Source: Enoplolaimus lenunculus (taxonomy: Eukaryota). From it: DNA of 64,000 bases. Positions 12,520-25,311 of the stretch are shown here, in pieces. The number at the start of each line of letters is the position of its first letter. The stretch's first letter is position 1. The notes beneath the pieces are model-generated. The model was not told the DNA's origin, made no database searches, and saw only the letters and a program-made list of their open reading frames with translations. Made by a program: the position numbers and the translations under genes. The DNA lies in the NCBI GenBank assembly GCA_030248215.1, contig JASANG010001737.1:620001-684000 (forward strand), written 5' to 3'.

Positions 12520-14394
12520 TTGTTGTGATTGTTGCGGTACTACTATGGCTCGAATGGGACTAGTTATGTTATTAGTTGCAGATGCAGGTAACAGGGACGG
12601 ACTTGACGCAGATACATTTAACGTGCTTGAAGATTTGATTCGAATTTGATTGGCATTTTTAGAATTTGTTTCACAAACATTACCTTCAGGTGTGGATTGT
12701 TTCGAAGTCGTAATTGGACCTTTGTCAATAGTAGATCCAAGAATACGCTGCCGAGCCTCCGCATAGTCAGCTTCGCGCTGAGCTAGCGATTCCATTGAGC
12801 CTGGTCCAACTAAAATCAGTACTTTAAATATATGCCATAGGTCAAACTGCAAGTCAAGCGTGTTACTAATCGGCACAAGTCAATCTCCTATTCCATGTAA
12901 TAAGTCTGTCCTAGGCTAAACTGTTGTCCAATCAACTTACTATATAATCAGAAGCACCACTGACAACTAATCAGCGTTTTTTCTACATTATTGGTATTCG
13001 AACAAATGTCACAATTGCTGTTTGACCTAGGCCAAACTGCATTCCCTCAGAATAGCAAATTGATATAGGCTAATTAGTAATTGACTCGAATAGCAGATTG
13101 GCCTATAACTATACACAACATAAGAAACCGACCACAGCCGGCCGACAAGTATATGGGTTACACTGAATGCCACTATTGAAAACCAGCTTGCGTTACGATT
13201 TAACTGCAAAATTTTTTACCGAAACAAACAAAACTGCCGATAAATTGTATAAATTTTCCAAAATCAGTTCTCTATTTCCATTTAAGGAACAAAATCCACC
13301 GGGCGATAATTGTACAAATAAGTTCAAAATTGCAATTAGAATCCACTTCAAATACAATGCTGTGAAACCGTTTCTATACTTCTTTCCACTCAATGTAAAA
13401 GAAAACAGTACTAAAACTCATGGTTGCACGACTGCAGCGCTGTCACTGGCCAAATTTCTTCAAGTTCAACAACCCCTATGTTACAAAATTTCTGTCAATT
13501 ACTGTTTACCTTTTTTGTTTTTACTACTTCCTGCCGATGGCGCATCGTGCGAACGGTGTTCTTGCTTGCCTGGTACCACAAGCTGCGGCTGCGAAGAACT
13601 CGCTGAGACAGCATCTTTCGTTGGTCGTTTGAGAATGCGAATCTGGCCAGCAGATCTATTCATATCCACTGTTGATGACGAACCTGACCCACCGCTATTC
13701 ACACCAACAGAGCCGTTGTCTCCACTAGCATCGCTGGGTTTACGTCCATCACTGCAATCATTTGACGCATGCTGCACGTGTTCACTGCTACTCTGTTCGC
13801 TATAATAAAAAAAGTAAGGGATAGGAAACAGCAAGACATGTTTTGAAATGAGTGCAGAAAACAAAATTTCGCGCTCAACAATGTTACACAAAGTTATATA
13901 AAAACACATATACTTTTGAGTTTCTTACCATAGTACGTTGAAAAATCACGTTGCTATCGGTATTCACGTTTAGAATATTAATATTGGAACTAAACAAAGT
14001 AGAACCATACCCTTGCTGTTGTCTCTTCTTCAGCTTCTTTTCAATGTTGCGCTCAATTTCCTAAAATAAAATGGTGCCTCTTGATTTATATTTGTGTGTT
14101 ACTATCTAGGCTGCACCTACACTGCTACTTGCTTGTAGTTATATTCGGTTTTAAGTGCCTGACGAAAAATCCAGCCTAGTACAGCACAGTATTGTTTAGA
14201 AAAACAAAAAAAACAGTAACATTAAAACACGCTATATACTTTGTTTGTACACTCTGCAGAAAAAAATCTACGCGAATGCACATTTTCAACAAAAGTTTCA
14301 CTACGCTCTGTATCAAAAATAATGATCATACATTATTGTCTCCAAGCTCCCAACTGTCTAATACTTGATCCTGCTCATGGACATCATATTCCAT
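12289..14394 (-). CDS. SZRD1: SUZ RNA-binding domain-containing protein 1-like, about 307 aa, 4 coding exons
   Basis: Exons 14394-14332, 14060-14011, 13799-13510 and 12809-12289 join in frame through GT-AG introns (924 nt). The product has the SZRD1 motifs DSWE...EIERNIEKKL, IRILKRP and SLAQREADYAEARQRILGS, followed by a polyQ/Ser-rich tail. Confidence 0.88.
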
Positions 14395-14612
14395 GATCCA
14401 TAATTATGCCTAAAATGTGGTAGTAGAAGTAGATATGTACATAATTAAGCAGGAATGAAACCTTGACATAATAGTTGCTGTAAAATGTTGACGCAAGTCG
14501 ACGGAACAAACTCATGCATCGGAGAAAAGAAAAAAGTCTGAATACATAAAGGAACCTGCGTGAACTATATGGTCTGCACGACCCACTGTTCGAAGTTTTG
14601 CTCAAGGTTAAG

Positions 14613-14692
14613 GACCACATCGGAAATTGAACCTCGATTCGACCTCCTTGCACTCGAAACCAGCGTGCTAGCACTACGTACATCATGTGGTC
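14613..14692 (-). pseudogene. tRNA-derived (Arg-TCG-like) SINE head or pseudo-tRNA
   Basis: Perfect 7-bp acceptor stem GACCACA/TGTGGTC, TTTCGA loop and B-box-like GGTTCAATTTC, but poor D and anticodon arms. Related sequence near 16310-16400. Confidence 0.4.
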
Positions 14693-16523
14693 GCTGCAAC
14701 AACTTCTTATACCGGTATTTATATGTGCACATGTATGACATGACGATTTTTTCTTTACATAGACTTATCATGCACATATACCGACAGAAAGAAACAGGAA
14801 TTGACTGAATATTAGTTTTGCCCAACATCAGAACTTTATGGTAACTGGATATAATACTTAAATTAATGCAGTGATGGCAGTTTTTGAGTTATGCAAAACT
14901 TAGCTTTGAGTTTATATTTCACTTCGTTGTAAAATGCAACTTTATGATATTCGGAACCACAGCTGCGGCAAGTCGACGATAGTAGTTGGACAGGCGGGCT
15001 ACGTGGCGCAGTGGTAAAAGCGTCTGCCTGACAATGTCGGTTTTGATGTATGTTAAACCAAAACCTGATATCCGGTTGATCAATGGGACCCAGATACAAA
15101 AAGAGCCCAAAGCCATATGTTGATGTTCAATAACATGTTCACATATGTGCACGGAATAAAAGCAGCTGTGTGTGAGGTGGCGAGGCGCCGGTTCCGATAT
15201 TTAACATCCAGTTGCAACTTGCAGCCTACCGAAGTCAGAAATTTCACAGAATTGTTTCAAAATAGCGGTTTAGTGCTAAAATTTAAGCAATCAAAAATGC
15301 CACATTTTAACAAGTGTGATTACAAATCCTAGAAAAAGGCCGTATGATGGTAAAATTTTGTCACACAACCTAAAAATCCTTTTAGTATATAACAGATATT
15401 AATCATTATCACTATGAACTCAGGTAAAAATGCAGTCCTGCTTTCCCCATATATCTCCGTTACCATTTTCACCGTTTTTAACGCTGTGTTAAGCCAATGA
15501 CATAATGCTAAATAGTGTGAAGAAGAATATATACGAAAATGTCTCTGTCGACCGGTTGACAGTCGGAAGGCACCTAGCCATATAATTACCCAAAAAATTC
15601 CGCATGACATAAAGTGACTGTCATCAATGGATATAAACATGAGCCGCGTTCTGTTGGCCTTAATAGTTTTTTAACGAGCGTAATCATTGTGTTTCCTAAA
15701 TTGGTGTTGCAGTGGCCATAGTCAACAACCCAAAACAAAGTAGCCTTTACTAGACACCGTCTGGCACCGCGGGACAAATTGTTTGTGTCCACCAGAATTT
15801 TTTCACTCCTACATGCATGCTACCTGAAAAACTGCTTATATAGACAAGAATTACAAATTACTCCCGCTTCGTCGAAGTTGCTGCACCCGTTACGCTTAAT
15901 AGAATAAGGGTTTTCTTTTGTTTATACTGTTAATAACAGAGCTAGTGTAATTGAATAATTACAGGCCAAAGTGCAAATTCAGCAACCAAGATTATACTGC
16001 AGCGGAAGATGAGGGTCGTTGTTATTAGGTTTCGATTCCATGACTTATGGCTGACAGATTCTCTGTCTAGCACGTTACCATTGAACCGCACCGCTTCACA
16101 CTCTGCAGCAGAGTTTCTATGTTTTCATGCCTTGTAATAAGAACCTGAACATGTGTACTACATGTATCTATCTTGGTTCTTCCGTGTTTTACTACTGCTG
16201 GATAAGAAAGTAGTATGTATATGTATCTGCATTTTACCCATATGCAGCATCAGCGCAGGTTCTTACTTGCCTCCATGCATCTGCATGTTACATGCATGAG
16301 TCCTGTCCTCGAAGTTTTCCGAAGGTTAAGGACCATGCCAAGAGGCGAACACTGGCCCTTTTGCACTCGAGTCAAACATACATTTTCATATATATACCGA
16401 CACTACACTTTTACGAATTGCGGCGTGAGGATTATTAGTCTATGAATCCGCATGTCACAGCTACCGAACAACAAATGTGTTTCTCCTTACAGATGTAAGT
16501 AATACGGTCGCTGTTAACGTCAT

Positions 16524-18854
16524 ATGGAAAAGAAAAAAAGATTGTGTTGTATATTATCTGCTATTACTTGTTCGGTGGCAATTGGTTGTCAGTTATGCGG
16601 TACTGCGGTAGACAAATGGTCTAGTTATCAGATTGAAAGGAATTACAGTGCAAACTCTGAAGGCAACGCTTTAACTGACAGTTGTACACAGTGTTACGCT
16701 AAAATAGGACTATTTCATGGATGTCGAACGTTAGATTACGAGTTTGGTCCACGGAGCGTTTGTTTTTCAAGTAAGTTACCAACAAGCTAAAATCGCGAAA
16801 TTTGAGAGCGGTAAACACCGATAAATGTCAGCAAAATTAGGTCTTGGTTTTGTTGATTGCAGTCTTCGGCGAATAAACTTATGAAGGTGTATACTAATGT
16901 TTGCACAACCACGTACCTGCCGATGTGTAAAATAATTACGTACAAGACATGCCCTGAGCAGATATTCAGTGCACAGGTACATATCGATTTTTCTTCACAT
17001 GTTAAACTGTTGGTTAATTTTTTGCTTCTAGTTTACTACAAAACACCAACTGCATTAACCAGAAATTTTTGTTGTTGTCCGTAATTGTGTTTCTACTGAC
17101 ATATTTTCAGCGCACGACGAACTTACGGGCAGTAGCAGATTTATTAGCCGCAGCATCTGGATTACCATTGTTATTTTTGTGTTGGTGTCAATCGCTGTTG
17201 GTACTGTTTGCTGTTTGATGTCACTGGTCAACGTGTTCGTCAGTCCTGCAGAAACATTTTGTGGAGTTATAGGCATTATAATTGCAGCGGTTGTAGCATG
17301 TAAGTTTATAACGACGTTCATAGTATAGTTCATTTTGTCAATGGATAGTCACGCGTAAACGTTTTTTGCGAGTGACCGTAGCTTGCGAAAACTTTTTCGA
17401 AATCTACACAGGTTATTTTACAAACAGCGGAAGTGTCTTTTTCCACTGTTTGCAGAAATTTGTGGTTGTTGTTGTTCTTGTTGTTGTGGCACCATGCTCT
17501 GCATTTACTGTAGCATGGGTCGGTCGCGGAGGCGACCGCTGACTCGCAAGAACCTAATCAAGCTGAACGGCCGTAGCCACACGTCGTCCAGACAGGCATT
17601 CGAGTCCAGGTGCGTCAGGCGATGCTGCGTGGTGGCTGAGCAGCTTATTACCAGGTGCTCCAACGTGCTGTCACTCAGACCGCAGTAAGTGCAGGTCGGC
17701 GATGTGCTGTCATCGATTCTGTGCCTGTACGCCATCAGTATTGGGAAGTGCGTTCCTGCTCTGAGTTGAGACAACACCCTTCGGGGATATTCCCTCTCCC
17801 CCTAGTTTACGCCTCTGGTTGTTGCCGTTAATATCTACCTTGGCAGTATAGTTGATTTCCTGAGCGCTGATGGGAAGCGTTAATGAGCTGCGGTCGTATG
17901 CGATTTTCAAGCTCGAGACCCTGAAGAAATCTCCCTTGTCACGTTTTAGTAAAAAGTTTCATTTGTCATTTGTTTACTCTTATTTCAGTTTTCGCCACTT
18001 TAGTGGCTCGAATTGTTTTTGCTGTTTGGATGCTTAATTCTGATCTTTCATTACTGCTACATTCGGAACATATAGATTCTGGGTTTTTCGTCAGCACCCA
18101 ATCGCGGTACGTTTGATTAATTTCATTTGCACATGGTCAGAACTCTTACAAGGCGCTAGGCGGATACGTAACTACTCAGGGTGGGAGGAAAGTACGAGGA
18201 CATAAAGCTGATTTTTTATTTTGCATTTGCAGTATTCGACATTATCGTATTTTAATTTTTTTGTTAGTCTTTACCGAGGAGAGTTACAACCCCTGTTAGG
18301 CCTCCAATCGCGGTTCGTCTATACCTCAACTGAAACTTGTTTGGTAGTATTATACGTAGCTCATTGCTAATCAGATCTATTTTAGTGACGGCAGAGTGCT
18401 TTATATTTTGGCTTACAAAGGGTCGGTGTCGTTCTAGTTTAAATCACGTAAATTTCACCTCGGATGTGAGTAGCAAGTAATAGCGCAAGGTGTCGTTCTA
18501 AGTTTAAACAACTTCAATTTTACCTCGGATGTGAATAGCAAGTAATCGCACAAGTACATTTCGATAGCATTTTGATGAAAGATTCATAAAATGGGTCGAT
18601 ATTGCTGCGAATATGTTATGTCTTTTGAAGTGCTGTCGACATATTTCAAAGCGTCTGTTGGATCAAATTTTGTTTGCTATTTCAGCTACAGCTTGTCAGT
18701 TATGCTACTGGACGTGGCGTTATTTTTATACTTATCTGTGGTGCTGTTGCTATGCGGATGGCTGTGGTTTCACGAACGCAACTCTATCATGCCTTCAGTG
18801 TCTACTAGTAAACCGATTACGTATCAAATCGATGCAGGCGTGCTCATGTTCTAG
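16524..18854 (+). CDS. Clarin-family (claudin superfamily) four-pass membrane protein, about 240 aa, 4 coding exons
   Basis: Exons 16524-16770, 17111-17299, 17989-18106 and 18686-18854 join in frame through GT-AG introns (723 nt). Four hydrophobic helices; clarin-like W...GLFHG loop and NVFVSPAETFCG (compare CLRN1 NAFGKPFETLHG); hydrophobic PDZ-type C-terminus VLMF. Confidence 0.8.
17462..17920 (-). mobile_element. 5'-truncated non-LTR retrotransposon 3' end in clarin intron 2
   Basis: Encodes RVLSQLRAG..L..Y.HRI....SPTCTYCG....TLEHLVISC (CX2C..H..C knuckle typical of LINE ORF2 C-termini), frameshifted upstream. (CAA)n-like tail at 17462-17487; imperfect flanking repeat TGCAGAAAT/TGAAGAAAT. 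Confidence 0.75.
18425..18554 (+). repeat. Two-copy tandem repeat of about 63 bp in clarin intron 3
   Basis: GGTGTCGTTCTA...ACCTCGGATGTGA(G/A)TAGCAAGTAAT occurs twice. Confidence 0.8.
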
Positions 18855-20403
18855 GCAGTTGTCGTAATTTTGTTCTTTCATTTGTTTTGGACCAAAATTG
18901 TTTGTTTTTCGTTTTTTATTGTCATTATTTATTTTATCATTTTTATTGTAATATTCTTCTGTAATTGATGACAATTTACCGGAACATTCGGCAAAAAATT
19001 TATCGGAGCTGGAGCCGTATGTAGAATTTGTATCGGGATATAAGTTTTGGCTGATAAACAATTTTTATTTGAGCTTGCTATCCAGTAAGTTGCTTGGGAT
19101 ATTTGTTAACCCTTATCAAACGTTTTTGTATTTTTAACAGTCCTTTGTTTGTTGGAGAATGCTAAAATGCTAATACTTGAGTTTGGAATTTTTCTGTAAA
19201 TGGAAGCGAACATTGTCGTTTTTACGCTAAGTTTCTGTGAAATTTCGGAAATTCTGTCCTGAAAACTGTTACAAAGGTAAAATGAAACGTGCTGAAGAGA
19301 TAAATTTTACAAAATTATGCAAAATGTTATACCCTGCTACACACCTTTATTAGTTGGTGGTTAAGATGTTTTTAAGGACAAAATGTACATTCATTACTTT
19401 AATATGCAATTGCTGTGCCAGAACATCTGTAATTTTGCAGCCTGGTAACAGTTATCATGTTTTATTGTCTGGTCATGTCCTATTCACTGCCTTTGCTAAG
19501 CTTTACATCGTTGTTTTATATTTGTGTTTTGATTTAGTAAACTGTGTTTTGTCTGATGAAGCTGACACCTAGTTACATGCTTCACGAGTATTTTTATTAG
19601 GTGCAAAATTTAACCAGCTGAAGTGTTTTGCTCTGCAAATTGCTGTCTCCTGGAATAACTTAAAGCTTTATAAACATCTCATTTTTTTCATCTTAGAATG
19701 TCCGGAAGAAAAATTACTCCGGCATAATATTTTGAGACGGAAAAAATACGCCGTAACTATAGAGGTAAACAAAGGTTATTGAAGCGGGTTTCGTGATTTT
19801 CATTAAATCTTTGAGACCAATTCTCAACCAGGATTGGAGCCGGCCCGACGATTTAGGGCCCGTGCCATCATACTCGGCACGGGCCCACTAATTTTATATA
19901 AGTTTTGAGCAGAACACAAAACAAACCATACAAACATAGCACTATTATTCATATTTCATCAAATATTGTTTTGAGCAGCTTCCTTTAGAGCCAGACTGAT
20001 GCAAAACGCTGCGAGTCCAGGTTACTACGTTGTCTTCACAAATTCCGCCCAGGATCGTCCGTAATAGTTTGTATACCAAGCGCTTATCTAGTGAGCTTGA
20101 ATAAGATTAAAAGTAGCACTGTGTTTTCACGCAAGTAACAACCGGATTTCTTACCGTAGCAGCAGAAACGTCTAGTTCAAGATTCTAAATAAACCAACAA
20201 GCTCGCTTGTTAGTACAGCGGACTACAAAACTTTTTACATCTGTATAGGTGCAAATGATTGCCATTTAGGAACTCAAGGATCCCACCCTCAAAATTTTTG
20301 CAGACCGTAACCCTATACTTTTCAAAATCCTTGCTACGTGATCACCGCAGTATTTATGAGAATTGGAAGGAATTATGTTTGAAAGCTACGCATCTAAATC
20401 TTA

Positions 20404-21020
20404 GGCCCATGTATAGAACAGGGCCAACAAAGACAATAACAAACAACAAACAACAACCAATAACAACAACAACAACAAACAACTACAACACCAACAGCAG
20501 CAACCTGTAAAGAACATATATACAAACCTTTAGGTCCTTGATGGCCCATTTCTGTATTGTTTTCACCCTGCAATAAGGTAGGTATAAGCTCATTTTAGGC
20601 TTAGGCTTAAGCTTAGGGATATGCTTATATATACTACTGTTCCGGCCCTGTTGTATATATACATTGGCCGTTTTACAAAATCAAACCAGCGGTTTAATTT
20701 GTGGGCTCATGGGACAAAAAGAGGTCACGCACGTGAGAATTTTCTAAAGAAACCAAAGGTCGGTTTTTGACCGGAGCCGGATATTGACCGCCAGTTGCAG
20801 CATAATTAAACCGGTCCATGTATAGAACAGGGCCGGAACGTTTTCCGACCGCACTGTAATAAAGTAAGCTTAAGCTTTAGGCTAATTTTTTGCTTATCCT
20901 TAGGTTCAGGCTTAGGCTTAAGTATAGGCTCATTCTTACGCTTAGGCTTACTTAGGCATATGCATAGGCTTAGGAATATGCTTATACTGCTGTTCCGGCC
21001 CTGCTATATATACATTGGCC
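20404..21020 (+). mobile_element. Two TTAGGC-bearing MITEs (20404-20669, interrupted by a CAA-rich insert; 20813-21020)
   Basis: GG(C/T)CCATGTATAGAACAGGGCC ... TACATTGGCC; the second copy has TSD ATTAAACC/ATTAAACT and ends 60 bp before the VCPKMT ATG. Confidence 0.8.
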
Positions 21021-21080
21021 ATTAAACTTATGCCTCATATTGCTTTTAGTATTATAGATGCTAACCAATAAATGTAAATA

Positions 21081-22103
21081 ATGGATACAGAGCGAGTATT
21101 AAAATTTACCAGAACCGTCAACGAAGAGAGTAATGAAACTTCTTGTTGCTTATGCCGAATGCACACTGTCGAAAACGGATCTTCAATGAGAAACACCGAT
21201 TTCGATATTAGAATACGTCAAAAGTTTGTTGGAGGAGTAGAAAGTGTCGTATGGGACAGTGCGATTGTATTTTGTAAATATGTTGAAAAACTTTGTGCTC
21301 GTGCATGCGTTTGTAAACAACAACAGCAAGAGCAACAACAACATCAACAACAACAACGACAACAACAACAACATCAACGACAACAACAACAACAACAACA
21401 ACAACAATCACACCAACAACACCACCAACAACAGCAACATCATCATCAACAACAACAACAACCACAGCAACAACACCACCAACAACAGCAACATCATCAA
21501 CTACAACAACAACAACCACACCAACAGCAACATCATCAACAACAACAGCAGAAGCAGCAACAACGACATGAACGACAACAACAACTGGAACAAAGTTGCA
21601 GACCATTTTGTGGCAAACGATGTATTGAGCTGGGAGCAGGCACTGGAGTTTGTAGCATTATGCTTGCAGCGATGGGTGCCGATGTACTAGCAACTGATTT
21701 ACCGGAAAGCTTAGAATTAATAAGTGAAAATGTTGCTCTCAATGCTAAGGTGTTCGCCAAACGTGGAAACGTTCACGTCGCCAGTTTAGACTGGACCGAT
21801 ATGGTGCAGATTGAAAAAGTTGTCGAATGTGGGTCGTGGGATTTTGTCATTTTAGTTGATTGCATTTACTATGAAGCGTCTTTAGGCCCGCTAATTCGCA
21901 CTGTGAACGCCTTATTAGAGTCAGGTGCGGCGATGGCGTACTGTGTTTATGAACAGCGTGACATTGGTAAACCGAAAACAGTTCAAGCGAATTTTATGAA
22001 TGAAATTGTACGTTGGTTTCAGTGTCGCAACGTACCTTTTGATGATCTTCATTGTGAGTTTCGGTCACACGATATACGGCTGTTAGAGTTAACGAAATTA
22101 TGA
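21081..22103 (+). CDS. VCPKMT: Protein-lysine methyltransferase VCPKMT/METTL21D (family 16), single exon, with internal polyQ/H tract
   Basis: GGVESVVWDSAIVFCKY, motif I ELGAGTG, TDLPE, LDW, DCIYYEASL, YEQR and EFRSHDI all match METTL21D motifs. The ORF is open for 340 aa. Confidence 0.88.
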   Translation: MDTERVLKFTRTVNEESNETSCCLCRMHTVENGSSMRNTDFDIRIRQKFVGGVESVVWDSAIVFCKYVEKLCARACVCKQQQQEQQQHQQQQRQQQQHQRQQQQQQQQQSHQQHHQQQQHHHQQQQQPQQQHHQQQQHHQLQQQQPHQQQHHQQQQQKQQQRHERQQQLEQSCRPFCGKRCIELGAGTGVCSIMLAAMGADVLATDLPESLELISENVALNAKVFAKRGNVHVASLDWTDMVQIEKVVECGSWDFVILVDCIYYEASLGPLIRTVNALLESGAAMAYCVYEQRDIGKPKTVQANFMNEIVRWFQCRNVPFDDLHCEFRSHDIRLLELTKL

Positions 22104-22293
22104 TCTTCGTTCATGAGCGCAACCGATTATTTCATTTCGGAAGGGTATAAAATGGCATACAAATATTTTTGCGAGCGAACGCTGCGAACGAGAATCATTT
22201 TAACCTCAATACTATTCAGTAGGTTGTTAATATAAAACCCCATAAAAGTGTTTGTTTTCTGTGCAAAAAAAATACTCTGAAGCCTATTAAAAG

Positions 22294-22550
22294 GACCCAT
22301 GTATAGAACAGGGCTGGATCGTTGTCCGGCGGGGCTGTAATAGAGTCAGTTTAAGCTTTTGACTTACTTTTTTGCTTAGGCTTAGGAATAGGCTCATTCT
22401 TATGCTTAGGCTTAGGAATAGGCTCATCCTTATGCTTAGGCTAAGGCTTAAGCTTAGGCTTAGGAATAGGCTCATCCTTATGCTTAGGCTAAGGCTTAGG
22501 CTTAGGAATATGCTAATACTACTGTTCCGGCCGTGTTCTATACATGGGCC
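22294..22550 (+). mobile_element. TTAGGC-bearing MITE with expanded internal array
   Basis: Perfect TSD ATTAAAAG; TIRs of about 25 bp; higher-order repeats of GCTTAGGCTTAGGAATAGGCTCATCCTTAT. Confidence 0.85.
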
Positions 22551-24687
22551 ATTAAAAGTATGGTCGTTACAGCAAGTTTATAAATATTGGAATGGGAATT
22601 GAAATGTTAGCGTCACAATATAGAAGTATGGAAACAAAATGTTGCATCTTGACGAGATGATAAAAACGGTGCCGTACTCCCAGGTACATGCGTACGCAAG
22701 GGGAACATATGTAAAGCATAGTGGATTTGTTGGCGCCGGTCCCGGGTAAAATACTTGTCCCGCGCCATCTGTAAATATTTAAAAACGTTTAATATTGTTT
22801 TACTGAATGTCGTGTCTCGAATAGGATGTCAGACAAAATATAATCTCGAAATGAATGAGGAACAGATTTTTACTCAAAATACTCAAAACAAAATTGTATC
22901 TTAAAACCATTAAAAATGAATATTTTCAAAATTAGTATCAGTTAAACTATTAAATAACAAGACACATTTACAAGGCATATTCTGGTTCACTCACTATACT
23001 ACTAAACCCCCGGTATGATAGTAAGGCATTGCAGATTGAAAGGTAATGAACACTTTGCGTCGACAGTTTCGGAAATTTTTCGAATTTGACATAGCTTAGG
23101 CTTAGGATTAGGTTTAGACTTTAATTTTAAGCTGCAGCAGTGCAAGTGTTCATTTTAATATTAGAAATAACAAGGTAATAGTGGTGTTTGACACCGTATA
23201 TGTAAAATATAAAAACAAATTGATAAGAGATACGTCGATGTTTACAGTTAAGGTAAGTCAGGTAAACTTAGATTCAGTAGTCGCAGCCTGCTTTAGGCTT
23301 TTGTCTGTTAGTCATTTTATGTTTGCTACATGCATTAACCTTAACCGTAACATTGACCAGCATCGACATGGTTGTGCTCTTTGTAAAATTGATGCAAAAT
23401 TTAATATCATTCGTGGCTTTTATACACTTTCTCCCGCAATCTTTGAAATTTCTAGACGTTGGCATACCTCTTAGGCTATGCATCAGGCTTAGGTTTAGAC
23501 TTTGGCTTACGAGTAAGCTTAGGGTGTTGGGGTCCGGTAAAGGTTTAAGCTTGCGAGCGTAGTGTACAACGACCGTTATTTGTTCATAATGCCGCAGCAA
23601 AATGTTTGCGAGCAATAGAAATTGAAACACTCAAGGCGTTTCTTATTGGCCTGTTCGGTTTATGCTTTTATCCAAAAAAATGCGAAACTACATTTCAAAA
23701 ACTTTTAAAATTGAGCGTTCCAATATATTTCGATATTAGCCTTTGGGGTGTCACCGAAATTTTACGATACACTGCAAAAAATGGTGAGTCAAATTGACTC
23801 TCTTCGAAATAGGCTCTACGGAACTGCACAAACTGACTGAAAAGTTTCCTCCCACATTTTGACAGTGTGGATAGGAAGTAAAAAAAGTGCCTACGAATTT
23901 TCCGGTATTTTGCATTTCAACAATTCTCACAAACTCATTGGCTCTGCATGTAGAACTGCAGACGCTGATATTGAAAAAATAGAAAATTATACCAGAAACA
24001 TAGGTTATCACAATTTATAAATGAACACAAATCGTTTAAAATGTATATAAAAACATTTCATACTGTAGTGACACGAATAACAGGGGGAGACTGATATTTC
24101 GTTCGCCTCTCCTGAGGCTTCCCTCATCTCTGTTCTGTTCCTGACTTATTTATTTTTCAACCATGTCATCGTTTCATTTGAACTACTAAAAACGACAGAA
24201 TTCATCAACATCTGAACGGGCAGAAAAATAAAATTTAAACTTGTATACTTCGCAACATTTATTTTCGACTCTGTTTGTTAATATTTCGATCGCTATCCGT
24301 TTCCGTTACATTTTTCTAGCCGCTTTATATACTGGATTACTAATATTTGAATTGAATGAAATGGTTTCAAAAATTGCGTCTTAATATTTAAACAGAGTGC
24401 GCTTTGGTGAGCGGGTTATGGCATTCATTCACTGTTTTAACCATATAGTTTTCGAAATTTGCAGCTTTCGACATAACAGGATTATGCTTGGGTAATAGTG
24501 TACAAGTACGGGTGAACTTTTTTCAAAAACGTTCCGTAGCTAAACTTTACCTGGGCCTGTAATGCTTACATCTCGTGCTATTCTTTCGGTAATAAACTAC
24601 AATTGGCAGTCGTGTCGTGACAGCTCAATTTCCAGGTGGGCAAAACTTATTAACCGCACTGGGATTTTGTATTAATCACTTATGAGT

Positions 24688-25311
24688 TAGGGTTGCGCTA
24701 TACTTTTGTTGATTTCCGGCGCCGTCCGTCACTGTGCGCAACCCACGCGTCACCCTCCGCCACCGTGCGTCATCCGCCCGTCACTCGTCCGTCACCGACC
24801 GTCACTCACTCGGCGCCGTCCGTCACTCACCCGGCGCCGTCCGTCACTCACCCGGCGCCGTCCGTCACTCACCCGGCGCCGTCCGTCACTCACCCGGCGC
24901 CGTCCGTCACTCACCCGGCGCCGTCCGTCACTCACCCGGCGCCGTCCGTCACTCACCCGGCGCCGTCCGTCACTCACCCGGCGCCGTCCGTCACTCACCC
25001 GGCGCCGTCCGTCACTCACCCGGCGCCGTCCGTCACTCACCCGGCGCCGTCCGTCACTCACCCGGCGCCGTCCGTCACTCACCCGGCGCCGTCCGTCACT
25101 CACCCGGCGCCGTCCGTCACTCACCCGGCGCCGTCCGTCACTCACCCGGCGCCGTCCGTCTCTCGTCCGGCACCGTCCGTTACCCGTCACCATGCGTAGC
25201 TCGAACGGCGGCGCCCGTCACCGTCCGAGGCCGTTCGGCACATTCGGTATCATATGTGCGTAGTTCACACGGCGCCGCGCCGTCCGTCAACAAAACTAAA
25301 TCGCAACCCTA
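24688..25311. mobile_element. TIR element (TAGGGTTGCG...CGCAACCCTA) enclosing a GC-rich 21-bp minisatellite
   Basis: About 16-17 near-perfect CCGTCCGTCACTCACCCGGCG units at about 24795-25160. Related ends at 27472-27586, 34895-34918, 43075-43135 and 55090-55110. Confidence 0.7.

Noticed and set aside
21274..21601. VCPKMT polyQ tract as an intron
   Set aside because: The GT donors checked (21274-21313) to the TTGCAG at 21601 give lengths not divisible by 3, and there is no pyrimidine tract. RNA data are still needed.
20813..22550. Composite transposon carrying VCPKMT between two MITEs
   Set aside because: Each MITE has its own 8-bp TSD (ATTAAAC(C/T) versus ATTAAAAG), indicating separate insertions.
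6350..25160. CRISPR-like arrays
   Set aside because: Eukaryotic context, tandem units without unique spacers, no cas genes.
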